Numbered from the stretch's first letter, positions 12,731 through 25,340 are shown. The stretch is 64,000 nt of DNA from Halocafeteria seosinensis (GCA_001687465.1 LVLI01000118.1:1-64000); one strand, 5' to 3'. Notes: generated from the sequence alone by a model not told the origin. Numbers and translations: made by a program.

Positions 12731-13554
12731 TGTTCGGTGATGTGACCTCCGGCTGAAGTGTGCTAATCTTTGATTCCACTTCTTGACGATGCACAGTCAG
12801 ATCTATCCTCTCCAAACTCTGCGACGGGGTGACATAGAGGGGTGGTAAGTCAAGTGTCAATTCCTCCCTCCTGAAGGATCCGGGAATCCGGGACGTCGGC
12901 CTGGCCCCGCCGCCAGGAACTCATCGTAGCCACCCTCTCGACGAAGCTAGCCAATACTACCCTACTCCCGTTGTACTTACATATGAATCCTCTACTACCC
13001 ATCCAAGTATGTCTCGCAGTATCGTGGCACGTTGAACAGTCTTCGGTAGTAAAACGCTGAGAAAAAAGATCAGTTCTTCTCCGGGTTGGGGTTATCCCCG
13101 CCACCGAATCAAAGGGGCACCACAGGGCACGAATAAACTACAAAAAAGGTCTGCTGGGGCGGCTCTGGACCACACAGCGAGGAAATTCCTTTCCTTCGAA
13201 TAGTCCTATGTAACACGAATAAAATAACAAGCACTTGGAGAAATAAACAAAACTATATCAATTGTCTCAGAATTACATCGTGTCATTCACTTTACGCGAC
13301 GGACGCATCGCTTCAAAACTCTAGGAATTGGAGAATTCCCCCTTCCCCCGCGGCCCAAAAGACTTCACTAACCGCCCGAAGATGGTTTCAACCAATGCGT
13401 CAATCTTTTCGTCGATGTTTCTGAACTTCAACTTCAACATGCTGTATTCACCTTGTGGCCAAGTTGTGGGGTACATATATTGGTCTCTTTGTTCATTAAA
13501 CTCATAACGGCGTGTTGTTGGGCGATTCTGAACTGTGAGGGTGGTGAAGTAAGC

Positions 13555-15192
13555 ATGCAATGTGACAACGTCCTGTACGGCCAGTTTGTGAAGCAACTCT
13601 TGGCCCAACAGGATACAGAGCGCTGTGTTACCCCGAAAAGTGTACCTAATTTACACATCCTGGTGACATCTGCGGGTGGATTAGGGGATGTAATATTTGG
13701 CGCGAGATTTGTGCGAGGACTCTTGGACCACCAACAACAACCGCAGGCAGCATCAGCGATTACCACCCATTGGATCGTTGGATTCACCACCCATGGGGGA
13801 CCATCGCACGAGCTTTTCAACACACTTTGCGAAGAACTGAGGAGACTATGCTTGGACAGTGAAACACTGATACCTGTCAAGGGGGTATTCAGGTTGTTGG
13901 TCTACCAGTTTCACGGCTGTACGATATCAGACGAAGTGTGCTGCATAGAGAGTTCCGATGTATCAGTGGAACATGGCAGGAGGAATCAACTAGACAAGGC
14001 TTTCCAGCTGTTGAGAGACGTAAACCACCTCGTTGTGCAGGTCCCTCTACTGGCGTTCCAGAGCTGCAACCGCTACCAGGAACTATTAGCCTCATTGTCA
14101 TCAGCAACCGTAACTCCTAGCGGAACGCCGTTCTTCTTGAATATTCGTGAGTACAACCAATCTACATATTGCGGACTACAGATGGAGCCACTGCTGAAGC
14201 AATTACGAGGTGGACAGGATGAACATAGTTTGAGCACGGAAGAGGTTTTACGGCATTGCTTTCTCACAGATGTTCCTGTTGATTTGAGTAGCGGGCTTGG
14301 GGAGGAAGAACTGGGAATTTTCGAATCTTATTTGTGCCAACCGAATGCATCCCGTCTAGATCATTCCCTACTCGGTTGCCCCATGATTTTGGTGTATGGA
14401 AGTTCACCGGCAGATATGAGGCTGGCGGGTGCTGGAGCGTTGCTTTGGGCCTATTTCCATAACAAGGATTCAATGGGATGCCAAGAGGCGTTAATTGGCA
14501 CTGTAACAATACTTACAAATTTATCCTCGCATGGTGCGTGCAACAAGTTTGTTGATGGGTGCAAGACTATGGCAACAGCTCTGACGGGAGAACCTGTAAG
14601 CGTTTCTATATGCCCTTGCACATCAGGTGGGTGTGCCCATACCCAAGAGGCACCTTCCACGAACAAGGCAATCAACATTGCTCTTCCAGATCATAGTCTG
14701 AAATTTCGGTTATGCAATTTGGAGCGGTATCAATTGCGGTCGGCGGATTTTGTAGAGCTCCTTGGTAGGGCCTCGACAAGCGTAACCACCGGCGATCAAT
14801 CGCTGACTGAGGCCGTGTTAAGTCTCTCCTCCCAGTCAGCGAATACTTCACCGACAACTTTCATTTACACTCCTCCCCCTCACAAGGGACACCTCATGGC
14901 TAGACTTGAGCGACTCTCTCATGGCTCGAACTATGGACAAATTGTGCAACTGTTTTGGGAAGTGTGCAGAGCCAGAGGCACTGAAAATGTGCAGTACAAA
15001 ATCGACAGTTTACTCCGTTCGTGTCGTAGTTATGCCGAAGAAATCCCGATCCTGGAGTGTCTAAGACGCTGTTTTAAGTTATACTGCTGCGACGTTTTGC
15101 GGTATAGTGTGTTATGCCATAACTGTTGGACGGTGGCGACACGTATGCTGTACACAACTTCTGGAACGAGTAGTAGCTATGAAGTCAGTTAA
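13555..15192 (+). CDS. Intronless putative GT-B glycosyltransferase with EarP-like motif order
   Basis: Uninterrupted ORF, first ATG at 13555. Motifs GGLGDVIFGARFVRGL, FLNIREY, SGLGEEELGIFE, DFVELL..SVTTGDQSLTEA and FIYTPPPHK. Confidence 0.55.
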   Translation: MQCDNVLYGQFVKQLLAQQDTERCVTPKSVPNLHILVTSAGGLGDVIFGARFVRGLLDHQQQPQAASAITTHWIVGFTTHGGPSHELFNTLCEELRRLCLDSETLIPVKGVFRLLVYQFHGCTISDEVCCIESSDVSVEHGRRNQLDKAFQLLRDVNHLVVQVPLLAFQSCNRYQELLASLSSATVTPSGTPFFLNIREYNQSTYCGLQMEPLLKQLRGGQDEHSLSTEEVLRHCFLTDVPVDLSSGLGEEELGIFESYLCQPNASRLDHSLLGCPMILVYGSSPADMRLAGAGALLWAYFHNKDSMGCQEALIGTVTILTNLSSHGACNKFVDGCKTMATALTGEPVSVSICPCTSGGCAHTQEAPSTNKAINIALPDHSLKFRLCNLERYQLRSADFVELLGRASTSVTTGDQSLTEAVLSLSSQSANTSPTTFIYTPPPHKGHLMARLERLSHGSNYGQIVQLFWEVCRARGTENVQYKIDSLLRSCRSYAEEIPILECLRRCFKLYCCDVLRYSVLCHNCWTVATRMLYTTSGTSSSYEVS

Positions 15193-15400
15193 ACCTTGAT
15201 TGGGACGAACAGAAACATCGGCTTGTTATGAAAACAAGTCAAACAAGTGCATGCTCCGACAGATTTATTTATGGTAAGTTCGTTCTACATACTGTACGTT
15301 TCCCAGAGATAGGAACTAACAAAAAGTAAAGCGGCTTCAGCAAGACGTCCACAGATTGGCAGATTTGCCAGCATCAGTGGATCCATATCCAACTCGAAGG

Positions 15401-18400
15401 TTACAGCGTGATAGTTTCGGCCGCATCGACCTCCGTTGGCAGGCGTTGACGCAGCAAGTTCCGCAGATTCTTCGTACGTTGTTGACGCGCCCCTTCGCTA
15501 ACCTTAGCTAGAAAACTGCTAGGAACTTCCCATATGTACTGAGAAATGGTATCTCTTCCAAAGTCCCTCTTGAACGTATTCTCATGTTCAATTATGTGAG
15601 CATACCCCCCTCCTTTCCATTGTACCACAAAATAGGCGAAACCCTGATGCACTCGAAATACGCAAGAAGTAAGAGAAAAACGCGGAGGGAACCTTCCGCA
15701 GGACGAGTTCTTACCTCTGGGATAGAGCCCCTAAGGCCCTTTGTTGCGGTGTCGATGACCTTTTTATTGTTCGTGTTCTCTTCAACATTCTTCAACTCCC
15801 CGTCAAAGCATATTTGCAGATCTTCAAATTTCTGTACACACACCGTTCATACAACAATCTGAAAATTACAAATACATCGATTCACTCTCCACGTACATCT
15901 TTCGGAACCGGCACTACTTCCATAGCAGCATGTGGATTTTTGTGCCGTAGCATACACGTTTCCATGAAAAGTGGCACTTCACCTTTCTGTAAAATTAGAA
16001 CAAATCATAGCAATACTCGCTAAACAAAACCCAGGGACGTGCGCTTACTTGTTCTTCGAAAACGATGTGCAGGGCCTGACGAAAACGGTTAGCTTCATCA
16101 TACGCATCTTCATCAGCTTCACGGTAGCAAACGACGTGCTCTCGAGGAGTAATAATGCAGTGTCCTTCAACCAATTGGGGCCACTGAAAGCGGAGTAAAA
16201 TCTCACTGACGCTTATCTTCTAAATAGCGCCAAACACAATACTTACCGGTGGTAACAGAATAACATTGTGTTCTCCCACAGCGATAATGGTATATCGACG
16301 ACTCTTCATTTTTTTCGATTCTAAGCAAAACATACAGTTGCGGTGAGCACTCTCAATCTTGCGATGTGCCCTGATGGCCCGAGATTTGTCTCTCGATTGC
16401 TTCTCCCGCGCAGTCAGTCTCTCAGACTCTGGCTCGAACATCTTGGTATTTACCTCCTCGTCTTCATCGATGCCCGTACCCTCACGAGACATACTAACAG
16501 AGTTCGCCCCCTTTCCTGTCGCCAGACCAAGGCCTTCTCCCTGGAAGTGCTTGCCTAAGCGTTTAATATTTTTCGCGAAGGCTTCATCCATTCCAAACCT
16601 CCCTAGTTCCTTTTCTTGGCGAGCCATCTTGGCTACATCTTCTTGTACGTTCGGCGCCTCTGTGTTTGCCATTTTTTCTCGGGATAGGCCTCGTGCTGAA
16701 GCTTCCCTAGCGTCCGCAACGAAGTAACCGAGGCTTTCACCCTGCGCATCCTTCAAGTTCGCCTTGCCGTGTCCATGAGTTTTCCCTTTCTTCCTTCCAC
16801 CACGCATATCATCGCGGCTTAAGCCTTCAACCTCCCCTTCCAGAGACGTAAGCCGTCTTCCGTTCTCATCAAGGGAGGATACAATTTCAACATCCCCGGA
16901 CCCGTCTTCTTCGGCTACCGACGACTGCGCTTGTGGGCCAATCGATGCCTTGACCTCATCGATTCGCTGCATTATTTCTTGATACTGTGCTTGTTGGTTC
17001 TTCATCTTCGCTCGCATCGCCTTTGCGTGAAGTTTGTTCAAGTCTGTCTCCTTCCGAATAGCAGAGGGAGGCCTTGAGGCGCTGGGGGCTTCGGGCTTGG
17101 CAGCAAGATCTGCCGAAGCCACCACAGTCGATTCTGTTTTGCCATAAGACGCATTTACCTTCGCTGGCTCCTCCAGCGCTTCGCCTGAAAGACTCGCAGT
17201 ATTGCTTCGCTCTTCACCCACCGAGCGATAGGAAACAGTCTTGCTGGGAGCGAGTACGTTCCCTTGATCCGTTGAAGTAGCTTTTCGTCCCTCACCAGTA
17301 ACCTCAGTGTGAGAACGAGTTTGAGATTTTCGCTGTTTAGCTTTTTCTTCTTGTTTCCGAAGAGCTGCTTCAAATAAGGGATCCTTTTTCTCAGGCTTGG
17401 GACTGGAGTCAGTCTTCTTTGCCTTTGGTTTGGATTCTCTACGTACGCTTCCATCCTCCCATAAAAGACTCGAGGAAGAAGACTTGCGCTCTCTCCATTT
17501 AGACTTTGAGGTTGTTTGACCCTCTCGAGTCGTGCCCTTAAAATCCCGAGACCCTTGAGACACTTCACTGAGTAGCCCTTGAAACTCATTCTTACTATCG
17601 GTGCCCCCCCATGAATATTTTCGGCGGTGAGGTGGATGCAACGGTTTATCACTGAGCGCTACTCGAATTTGATCATCCGACACGCCCTCTGTTAATTTAT
17701 CCATGCTCCCCCATCGTTCTATCGCCACAGCCTCTATATCCACGTGGCGGCGCTCAGCCTCCTCTTTGGCTCGTTGAATCGCTTTTAGTTTGTAATATAC
17801 TCCGTTATCTCCCGCCGCTACGTCCTCATTCCGGGTGCTATCAATATTTTCTTGTTTATCTGACTCAGTTGCTGAGCGAAGCAAAGCACTAGATAATTTC
17901 CCTTCTCCATGACGTGCCTGCTGCAAGTTCAATCTTTGTTGGGAGCTACTAGATGCTACGAGTCCCCCCGTTGTCATTCCACTGCCAAAAGAATTGTGTT
18001 CTCCGTACGACTGCGACGCCTTGGGAGCCCCTCCGGCGCCTTTCATCAAAAGCTGCATGCCAAAACTTCCCTGAACGTCATCAGAACTCCCCGAAAACGA
18101 TGAATTGTCTGCTCCACCAGATGCGGGACCAGACATAGCGTCCGCCGTTTTGTTGTCCGATTTGTTATACTTTGATGGGTTGTAGAGACCGTACGGTAGT
18201 TTTGAATGCGGATCGCGTTTTCCTCCTGCCACCTCTTTGTCGATAATTGCACGACCTCGTTTCTGCTCCTCATCTTCCGCTGAGGGTTGCTCTTCTCGGT
18301 TCCGTTTTGTTCTGCTCTTCGCCCCACATGTCACGTCTTCGAAAGAAAAGGGTTGCTTCATCCATTCCATTCCCCCCCTGTCGTGTTTCTGTCTCCCGAC

Positions 18401-18661
18401 AGGAGAGACCGTAGCAGCCCCTACAGCGGCAGCATGGTGTCTCTCTGACACAGGGGTCTCGCCCATTTCCGGTGAGCGAGGCGCTTCGGCGAGAGATTTC
18501 AAGGCCGATTCCTCTTCTTCCTCTTCATCCTGGTTTCTATGCGAGGCAGCCGCAGAAGAGCTCGTTCCATGTTGCTGATGGTTCCTCTTGGACGAATGCA
18601 CACGTCCTTGAGCTGGATTCGACCCACTTCTCTGGGACCGTGGCACAAATCTGAACACCAT
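15401..18661 (-). CDS. CWF19L2: CWF19-like protein 2 (CwfJ C-terminal domains), spliceosome-associated, multi-exon
   Basis: Long charged N-terminus with LNKLHAKAMRAKM, then CMFCLES. Short 3' exons read GHCIITPREH, PLFMET, HAAMEVVPVP, KKVIDTATKGLRGSIPE and FAYFVVQWKGGGYAHIIE..FGRDTI. Confidence 0.85.
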
Positions 18662-19660
18662 ACAACAAATGGCATCACACGTTCATGTGTCTTAGAAATA
18701 CAGTATAGTATGTCTGATGAACTTACGAGACGGACATGACCTCCGTTCAACACTTCACGGCAAGGTCACTTGTTTCTGTGCTACAACTGGGAAAGACACT
18801 GCCATGAAACCGCCATCAAACCAATAAGTCTTGCCTGCCATCAAGATTGACGGACACGGACAAATTCCCCTCTGGACGATGCTATTCATGCACGATTCCT
18901 GACTGATTTAAGTAGGCGAAATGTTTGTCGTGTTGTCGGTCCGGACTATGGACTCCGGGCCTTCGGCCTGGAAGAACAACAGTTCTATCCGAGGACGAGG
19001 AATGTGTACTATACTCCCGCAAATGCGATCTTGTCATCGGTGGTATTGGATGATAGCGAATCCTTTGGATAGTGAGCACTGTGTAGGGTGCAGTATTCTC
19101 GCGCTGTGCTAGTATTTGAGCTTAACTCACACATTTATCAAAGGAAATCACTTTTCTGTCTGATCTGGGACCACTCGGGATCTACCCCTTTTCCGGTATC
19201 CACCCCGTAGACGCTCCTGTATTACTTGGAAAAAATCGCATTCACTCCGTTGAGTGTTTCAGAATCGTGTGGGAGCACCACGGTCAGGGAAGTAGCCACG
19301 ATAGTCCCTCAAACGCGGGGCTCGTTTGTTCGCTAAAAACAGCGACAAGTTGAAGTAGCAGTCGGGAAGGGTGAGTACATTCGCAGGTTTTTCCCCGGAA
19401 CAGGCATACATGATACCCAGTGTTGTATATGAATTTCTCCCGGAATAAATTGGTAGTGTGATTTATCGTCGTACATAAAGGAGCTTTGTAACTTTGGTGG
19501 TGTTTGAGGAACGAACGGGGGCCTCACAGTGCGCGCTTTTGCTTAACGGCTGGCCAGGAATCTCCACGGTTCATTTATGCTCCGTATGGAGACATTGAAT
19601 GAAATCCACCGCGTATAAGGAAATTCTTTGTTATATTATCCCGAGACTAGCACCAACGGC

Positions 19661-21807
19661 ATGGGACGAACTAAACGAGGTGTGTGACGATTGACTATGT
19701 TGCTGTATGCCGTGGGTTGAAGTTGCCTGTTGAAGGCCCTTTTATCACGAATATTTGGGCTGTTAGCACGCTCCCTGATGCGTAATGTGGTGCAAACGGT
19801 GTGGAAGATGCGATTAATTGAATGATTTCGCCTCACTGCAGATATGATCGCGTCATCGACTGCTAGCAGCAGTACAAACCCTGTGTCCGCGGAGGACCAT
19901 ATTCCGTCGGACGCTGATGTTGACGGTAAGGTGTCCCTTTGCAAAAAAAATGGAGCTGATACCAGATTTTTACTAACGTACTGTATACAGCGATCACAGG
20001 TGGGCGATGGACCGACGAGGAGGATATGGCACTGAAAAAAGGTGTAGAGCAACTTGGTGCCAAAAATTGGAAACAGATTAGTGTTAAGTTCCTGAATGAC
20101 AACCGGACCGACGTCCAGTGTTTACATCGATGGCAGAAAGTATTGAAACCTGGATTAGTCAAGGGTCCTTGGACAAAGGAAGAGGACAGAACGATCGTCG
20201 AATGTATTAGATCAGGTGTTACAAAATGGAGCGAAATAGCCGCCCGCATTCCTGGAAGGATTGGCAAACAATGTCGGGAACGATGGTTTAATCACTTGGA
20301 CCCGGATATACGCAAGGAGCCATGGTCAGCCGCAGAAGATAAAATTTTAGAAGAGGAGCAGGCTCGTCTAGGTAAGCTTCCAATAGAATACGGAACCGCC
20401 TGGTGCTAATGAAATTGTGACCCACTATATGTGTCTTCAACAGGTAATCGTTGGTGTGAAATTGCAAAAAAACTTCCTGGTAGAAGCGAAAATGCTGTAA
20501 AGAACAGATGGAACTCAGCAATGCGGCGAAGAAGACACCCAGACAAGGCTGGTACCTCTCCTGCGGATGGGACGAGCTCAGGTGCTTCTTCTAGTAATGA
20601 TACCAGCAAACCCAAGTCTGAGAGCTCCAACCGGAGAAGGGTATCAAGCGATGCTACTCCTCAAGCAGGGAGACGAGATATCTCTCACAGAAGTAAAACC
20701 CAAAATGACGGATCGTCTACAGCGCGTAAAAGAAAATCAGCGAACAGTCACAAGCGGAGTGACGCTGCCAGCGGTGACTTATCCTCTGCCTTCTATGCTC
20801 GTCCACGTGCCATTGCGGCTGATAACAATGGCGATAAGTACTCATATCAGAGTGGGAAGCATGTCAATCCTTCTCGGGGTGGAAAAGGAAGACCGCGGAA
20901 GCGAAGAGCTACGGAAGGGGACCCTATGGGGCCTAGCACAGCCGCAGCTCTCTACCAGTCTACGACTTCAGAGTACACAAGCTCTGGGGAGTCGTCTAGA
21001 CGAGCTGTCACTAGCGTATCTTTGGGTGTCGGGGGCCATGGCGACTCATATACGGGTAGCTTGACCCCGAGTATGTCTCCTCAGGAACCAGACTCAGCCG
21101 TTTCAGAACTTGCCCTAAGTAGTGGAGTCACCCACTCTAATGGGAATGTCGCCGCTTATGATACTATTCCCCAGTCTCTCCCCTACAGCGATTTGAGTTA
21201 TGATACTTCGCTCCACCACCATTTCGACGGATACAGGCCTCCAGTTGAGAGTCCGGAAGAAGAACACAATGAAGAACGTCATTTCAATTCAACTTTACAG
21301 GATCGGATACAGTTTCCGGCCGGTAATACCAGCTCCGACGAAGATGAGGATCATGAACTCTCTGCATCGTTGTCCAACTTTTCCATAAATTTTGAGGCAT
21401 CTACAGGAAGCAATTCCAGGACACGTCTAGAGGTCGTAGGTCAGGGATTGAACGTGTCTAATAGCCAAACCACTCCGGTGACGAGCACTCATGCTGGAAC
21501 AGAAGAGACTGAACAGGAATCTCATGTGCCTTGGTCCGGGCGAACAACCTCTGCATCATCTGAAGAAGGTTTTGGACGAGGGGGTGTCTTAACGGACATT
21601 GTGGATCTCGAAGATTCGGGGACGTTAGGGGCTTCGTTTGCTCCATTGAGCAAACATCGTACTTCAGGGAGAGACTTCGGGTCCTCCTCACTCGACCGCT
21701 CGAACGAACACGAGCATGTCGAATGGGATACCACTCTAGTTAGGAGTAATGAAGACGACTCCGGCGACCTTTCGATGGCGTCATCGTCCCGAGCATTACA
21801 AACATAA
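19661..21807 (+). CDS. R1R2R3 (3R) MYB transcription factor, 4 exons
   Basis: Spliced GRWTDEEDMALKKGV..KNWKQIS..RTDVQCLHRWQKVLKPGLVKGPWTKEED..KWSEIAARIPGRIGKQCRERWFNHLDP..PWSAAED..GNRWCEIAKKLPGRSENAVKNRWNS. Confidence 0.92.
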
Positions 21808-21869
21808 CAGAACCACTTGAATATTCACGCTGTGTATTGTACTGATCGTATGCGTCCTCAGCTATTGAC

Positions 21870-23344
21870 CTATTGCGCCAATGCACTTTGTTGTTGGCAG
21901 TTTTCCTTAGTGTATCCGGCGAAACACTGACATGTGCCAGTCGAAAAATCGCACATGCCTCTGTTAGAGCATCTCAAATTCTCAGTATTGCCTTCGACCA
22001 AGTCTCCGATGTCATTTGAGCAGTCAAAGGTCCCAGCTAGGATTGCAGTCCGGTCTCCTTTACGGAATAGTTGCCCCGTTTTGCACACTCCATTTCTAAC
22101 GAAATAGCTCTCAACCTTAAACCCAGCCTCTGCTGCGGGAACTTGGGCATCATTGATGGCGCGAACTTCTTGGTTTAGAAGCACTTGGTATGCCACAAGA
22201 GGGTTAGGCCTTCCATTAATGCTTGCATCCCCTCGTTTAAACTGAACGCTGAACACAAAATCATTTCCGTTGCTCTCAAATGTATCGACGGTGGTATGGT
22301 ATAAAGCACCATTAGGAAAGGACTCCAATGCCGCTTGGAGTTTAGCTTTGATAGCAGCAGCATTATCAGTGGAAGCAATGTTAATTACCTCAGATACCAA
22401 CCTTGATCCAGTCAGAGAGTTGCCATGATTGATGTTATCCAACCATTCGATAATCATAGCGCCGGAAGCCGCATTGCCAATAGCGATCAATTGCGTTTCA
22501 ACCACGCAATCCGTGTTGCCGCAGAATTTATCTTCATTTGTGAGGGGATCCGCTCCTTTCGGGCATTCACGCATCGAGCAATCTACACCAAAAAAACCAG
22601 TTTCGCAGACACATGCCTGATTCTTGTCGGCGTCCCAAAATTCGTAATTGAAAGCGGTGGAAATACCGTCGTGGAATTCCTCACCAAAATCAAACTTTTC
22701 AACGCGGAAATTGCGCCCTCGCTTAAAACCTGTTGGTTGCTGATCGACTGTGGGACCACCCTCTGCGATCTCGCGAAGGGTATAGCAAAGCCCATGACCT
22801 GAACAGTCATTTGGGCAAGTGGTTCTCTGGCATGATGCCCCAGTATAGCCATCAAAGCACGAGCAAGTGCCATCACCTCGGTTGCATGATCCTTTTCCGG
22901 AGCATTCCGCGTAGTAATGGGCTTCTCCGTCCAAACTACCCTGCCAAATCTCATTGACTCCCACCACATCTCTCCAGTTAGAAGATTGAATAGGCACAGA
23001 ACTGTAAGAAACTTCGCCGTCGTGGTTTAAGTCTCCCCGTGGGGTATCAACAAAAGCAAGGCCAAACGGGCAAACGCGCTGTGAGCAGTCTCCTCCAACC
23101 CAGTTGTCGAAGCAGGCGCAGTTATCAAATTGCTCGCATGTACCGTGTCCAGAGCAGGCATTGGCTGAAAGAACAAACATTTTCAGGTAGTATTATGATC
23201 CATCAACCCATAAATAGGGAAACTTGCAATGAGCCGTTTTTTCGCTCAGCCATTTCCAACGACAAAGAAGACCCACTTACGGCATTCAGCGCCCACAAAG
23301 GCCAGCATGCTGCTAAAGGCCAAGATGGCCAATAAAGAACGCAT
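21870..23344 (-). CDS. Tubular mastigoneme (flagellar hair) protein of the Sig1/Ocm/Mas family, secreted, EGF/tenascin-like repeats
   Basis: Signal peptide MRSLLAILAFSSMLAFVGA. Intron 23165-23280 restores ECPNACSGHG. Motifs CPFGLAFVD.PRGDLNHDG, EAHYYAECSGKG, WDADKNQACVC, CPKGADP, CSNRGMCD, ending QSALAQ. Confidence 0.85.
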
Positions 23345-23464
23345 GATGAGTGCAGTTCTCAAGCAAAGATGTCCAAGTGATATGTGCAAGATGAAATCGT
23401 GTATGATGATCAATTCCTTTGTAGATCTCAACTTTACTATTCACGGGTTGACGTCCTCTTTCAA

Positions 23465-23610
23465 TGCGCTCACGCTTCCTGGAGCGCTCATTGAAGCACA
23501 TACACGGTCATACACCATCTTAGTCGACCGCTCATGAGCGCATAACTAGGGCGCGCCGGTGGGTGGCCGTTCCTCCGGTCCCCCGAGACCGGAGGGGGGC
23601 AACGGGCCAC
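23465..23610. promoter_or_regulatory. Palindrome/hairpin cluster in the 369-bp divergent intergenic region (candidate bidirectional promoter element)
   Basis: Perfect palindrome CGCTCATGAGCG (23529-23540), GGCGCGCC (23550-23557), repeated GCGCTCA, and hairpin CCTCCGGTC / GACCGGAGG (23572-23595). Confidence 0.4.
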
Positions 23611-23713
23611 AACTCAGAAGTGATTCAATCTTGTTGTTAAAAACCAAACACGAATTGAAATCCCTCTGCCACAAACGAACATTGATACCATCTGCAAGTG
23701 AAACGAGATAGCC

Positions 23714-25340
23714 ATGCGTCTAATCGCTCTCGTATTCGCACTTTGTGTGACCGGCGCTCTAGCAGCATGCCCTAACCAGTGCTCTGGCCACGGCCGTTGC
23801 AGCGCCTTCGACCGCTGTGAATGCTTTCGTCGTAAGTGCGAAGTTCAAAAACTACAAAAAGACATTCTAAGGGGGATGAAGACAAGTTGAGCGCATCAGC
23901 GACGACTCAATGCGTTAAATGAAGCCGTAGCCTGACATTGCCATTTATCAGGCACAGTGCAGCCATTGTCACCCCCAATGGATATAGCATAGTCAATATG
24001 AGGGCCCCCTTCAATTCAATGCAATAATGTTTGTTTCAATGCTTGTATGCAGAAGCTGGAACCACATGGAGACAGCGCGTTGGTTGGACTTCGCCCGACT
24101 GCTCTCAGCGTATGTTTACATTCATAGGGACCCCTCCATATTAAACGAGTCTATCAGTTGGCAAACGCTTTCCATTATGCACACGCAGGTACCTGTCCTT
24201 TGGGAGTATCATTCGACTCCCTGTCGACAGAGGATGAAGATGCCAAGTTAGGTCCCATTCTCTTTGAGACCGGGAGAAAGTTTGACGGCACCAAGCAAGA
24301 CAATGGCGCTTCCGTTCTACGTGTCGCAGTGAGAGACTACCAGTTAAGTGAGACACAAGACTTCCAGATCAGAGTGACGACTGCTGTGAAGGATACCGAC
24401 AATAACCCACCCGAGGCCGGTAGCAGTGAGCTCAAAATCCAATGGAAACTGCGCAGTCATGAAACGTTCAGTCGTGAATTTGACGCGATCGCGTGTACTG
24501 TACATCGCCCATGTGAATTGCAAAACAACGGGATGCAGAAGACTGGTGTATACGTATATTGGCAGACAGGCTCCGATACAGCCAATGATGGGGACAGCAC
24601 GATTCCCAGGCTCATCCGTGGAGACGATATAGCTACGGGCAATCGGTATGAGTTCAACATTCAGTGGCTCGATAACACTGTATACCGCGCCAATGACCCC
24701 AACTCGGCACATCAACATGTTGAATGCTCTGGAAGAGGAACTTGCGATAGAAGTTCAGGCCGTTGCAGTTGCTTTGCTGCATTCACCGGCGAAGCATGCC
24801 AACGAAGTACGTATCTATAGAGCCCATTTTTCTCTAGCACACTGCACGTCATTTTATATTCTCTTTCTTTCGACAACTGCTTACAGCTGTATGCCCCTCC
24901 GAATGTTCGGGCCATGGTGTATGTCAGGACCTTAGACGCTTCGCCAACGACGCCAACGAAGCAGCGTCTGAGAGTGGATCTAGTCTTACTTTCGGATACA
25001 AAAATGCTTACGACGCCAAAAAGCAATTTGGTTGTGCCTGTGATGTGGGGTTCCGAGGGCCTGACTGTTCCCAGATCGAATGCCCATCAGGCAAAGACCC
25101 TATGGGTGGATTTGGCGGTGATGGCCGCAACTCGCAAGTGGAGACCACAGATGATCCGAATGGCCCAGCTATGGACTGTTCAGGAAGGGGAATATGTGAT
25201 TTCTCTAATGGTATTTGCCAGTGCTTCAAAGGTAAGATGATTCATGTTAATTCAGCAACCGCACGTTAAATACAGCAAGCATAACTCATTTTGCAGGCTA
25301 CTTCGGCGAAAGGTGCGAACAGCAGACAAATTTTGTGTAA
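23714..25340 (+). CDS. Second mastigoneme-family EGF-repeat protein, multi-exon
   Basis: Signal peptide MRLIALVFALCVTGALA, then ACPNQCSGHGRC, CPLGVSFD, AHQHVECSGRGTCDR, CPSECSGHGVC, CDVGFRGPDCSQIECPSGKDP and DCSGRGICDFSNGIC, ending CEQQTNFV*. Confidence 0.85.

Noticed and set aside
12731..13104. ORFs 12639-12860 and 12850-13104 as extra 5' exons of the AP2-PHD gene
   Set aside because: Different frames with no convincing splice pair; the ATG at 12730 already gives a complete first AP2 domain.
13321..13880. Minus-strand ORFs overlapping the start of the glycosyltransferase-like gene
   Set aside because: Non-ATG starts and no recognisable motifs; most likely antisense shadows.
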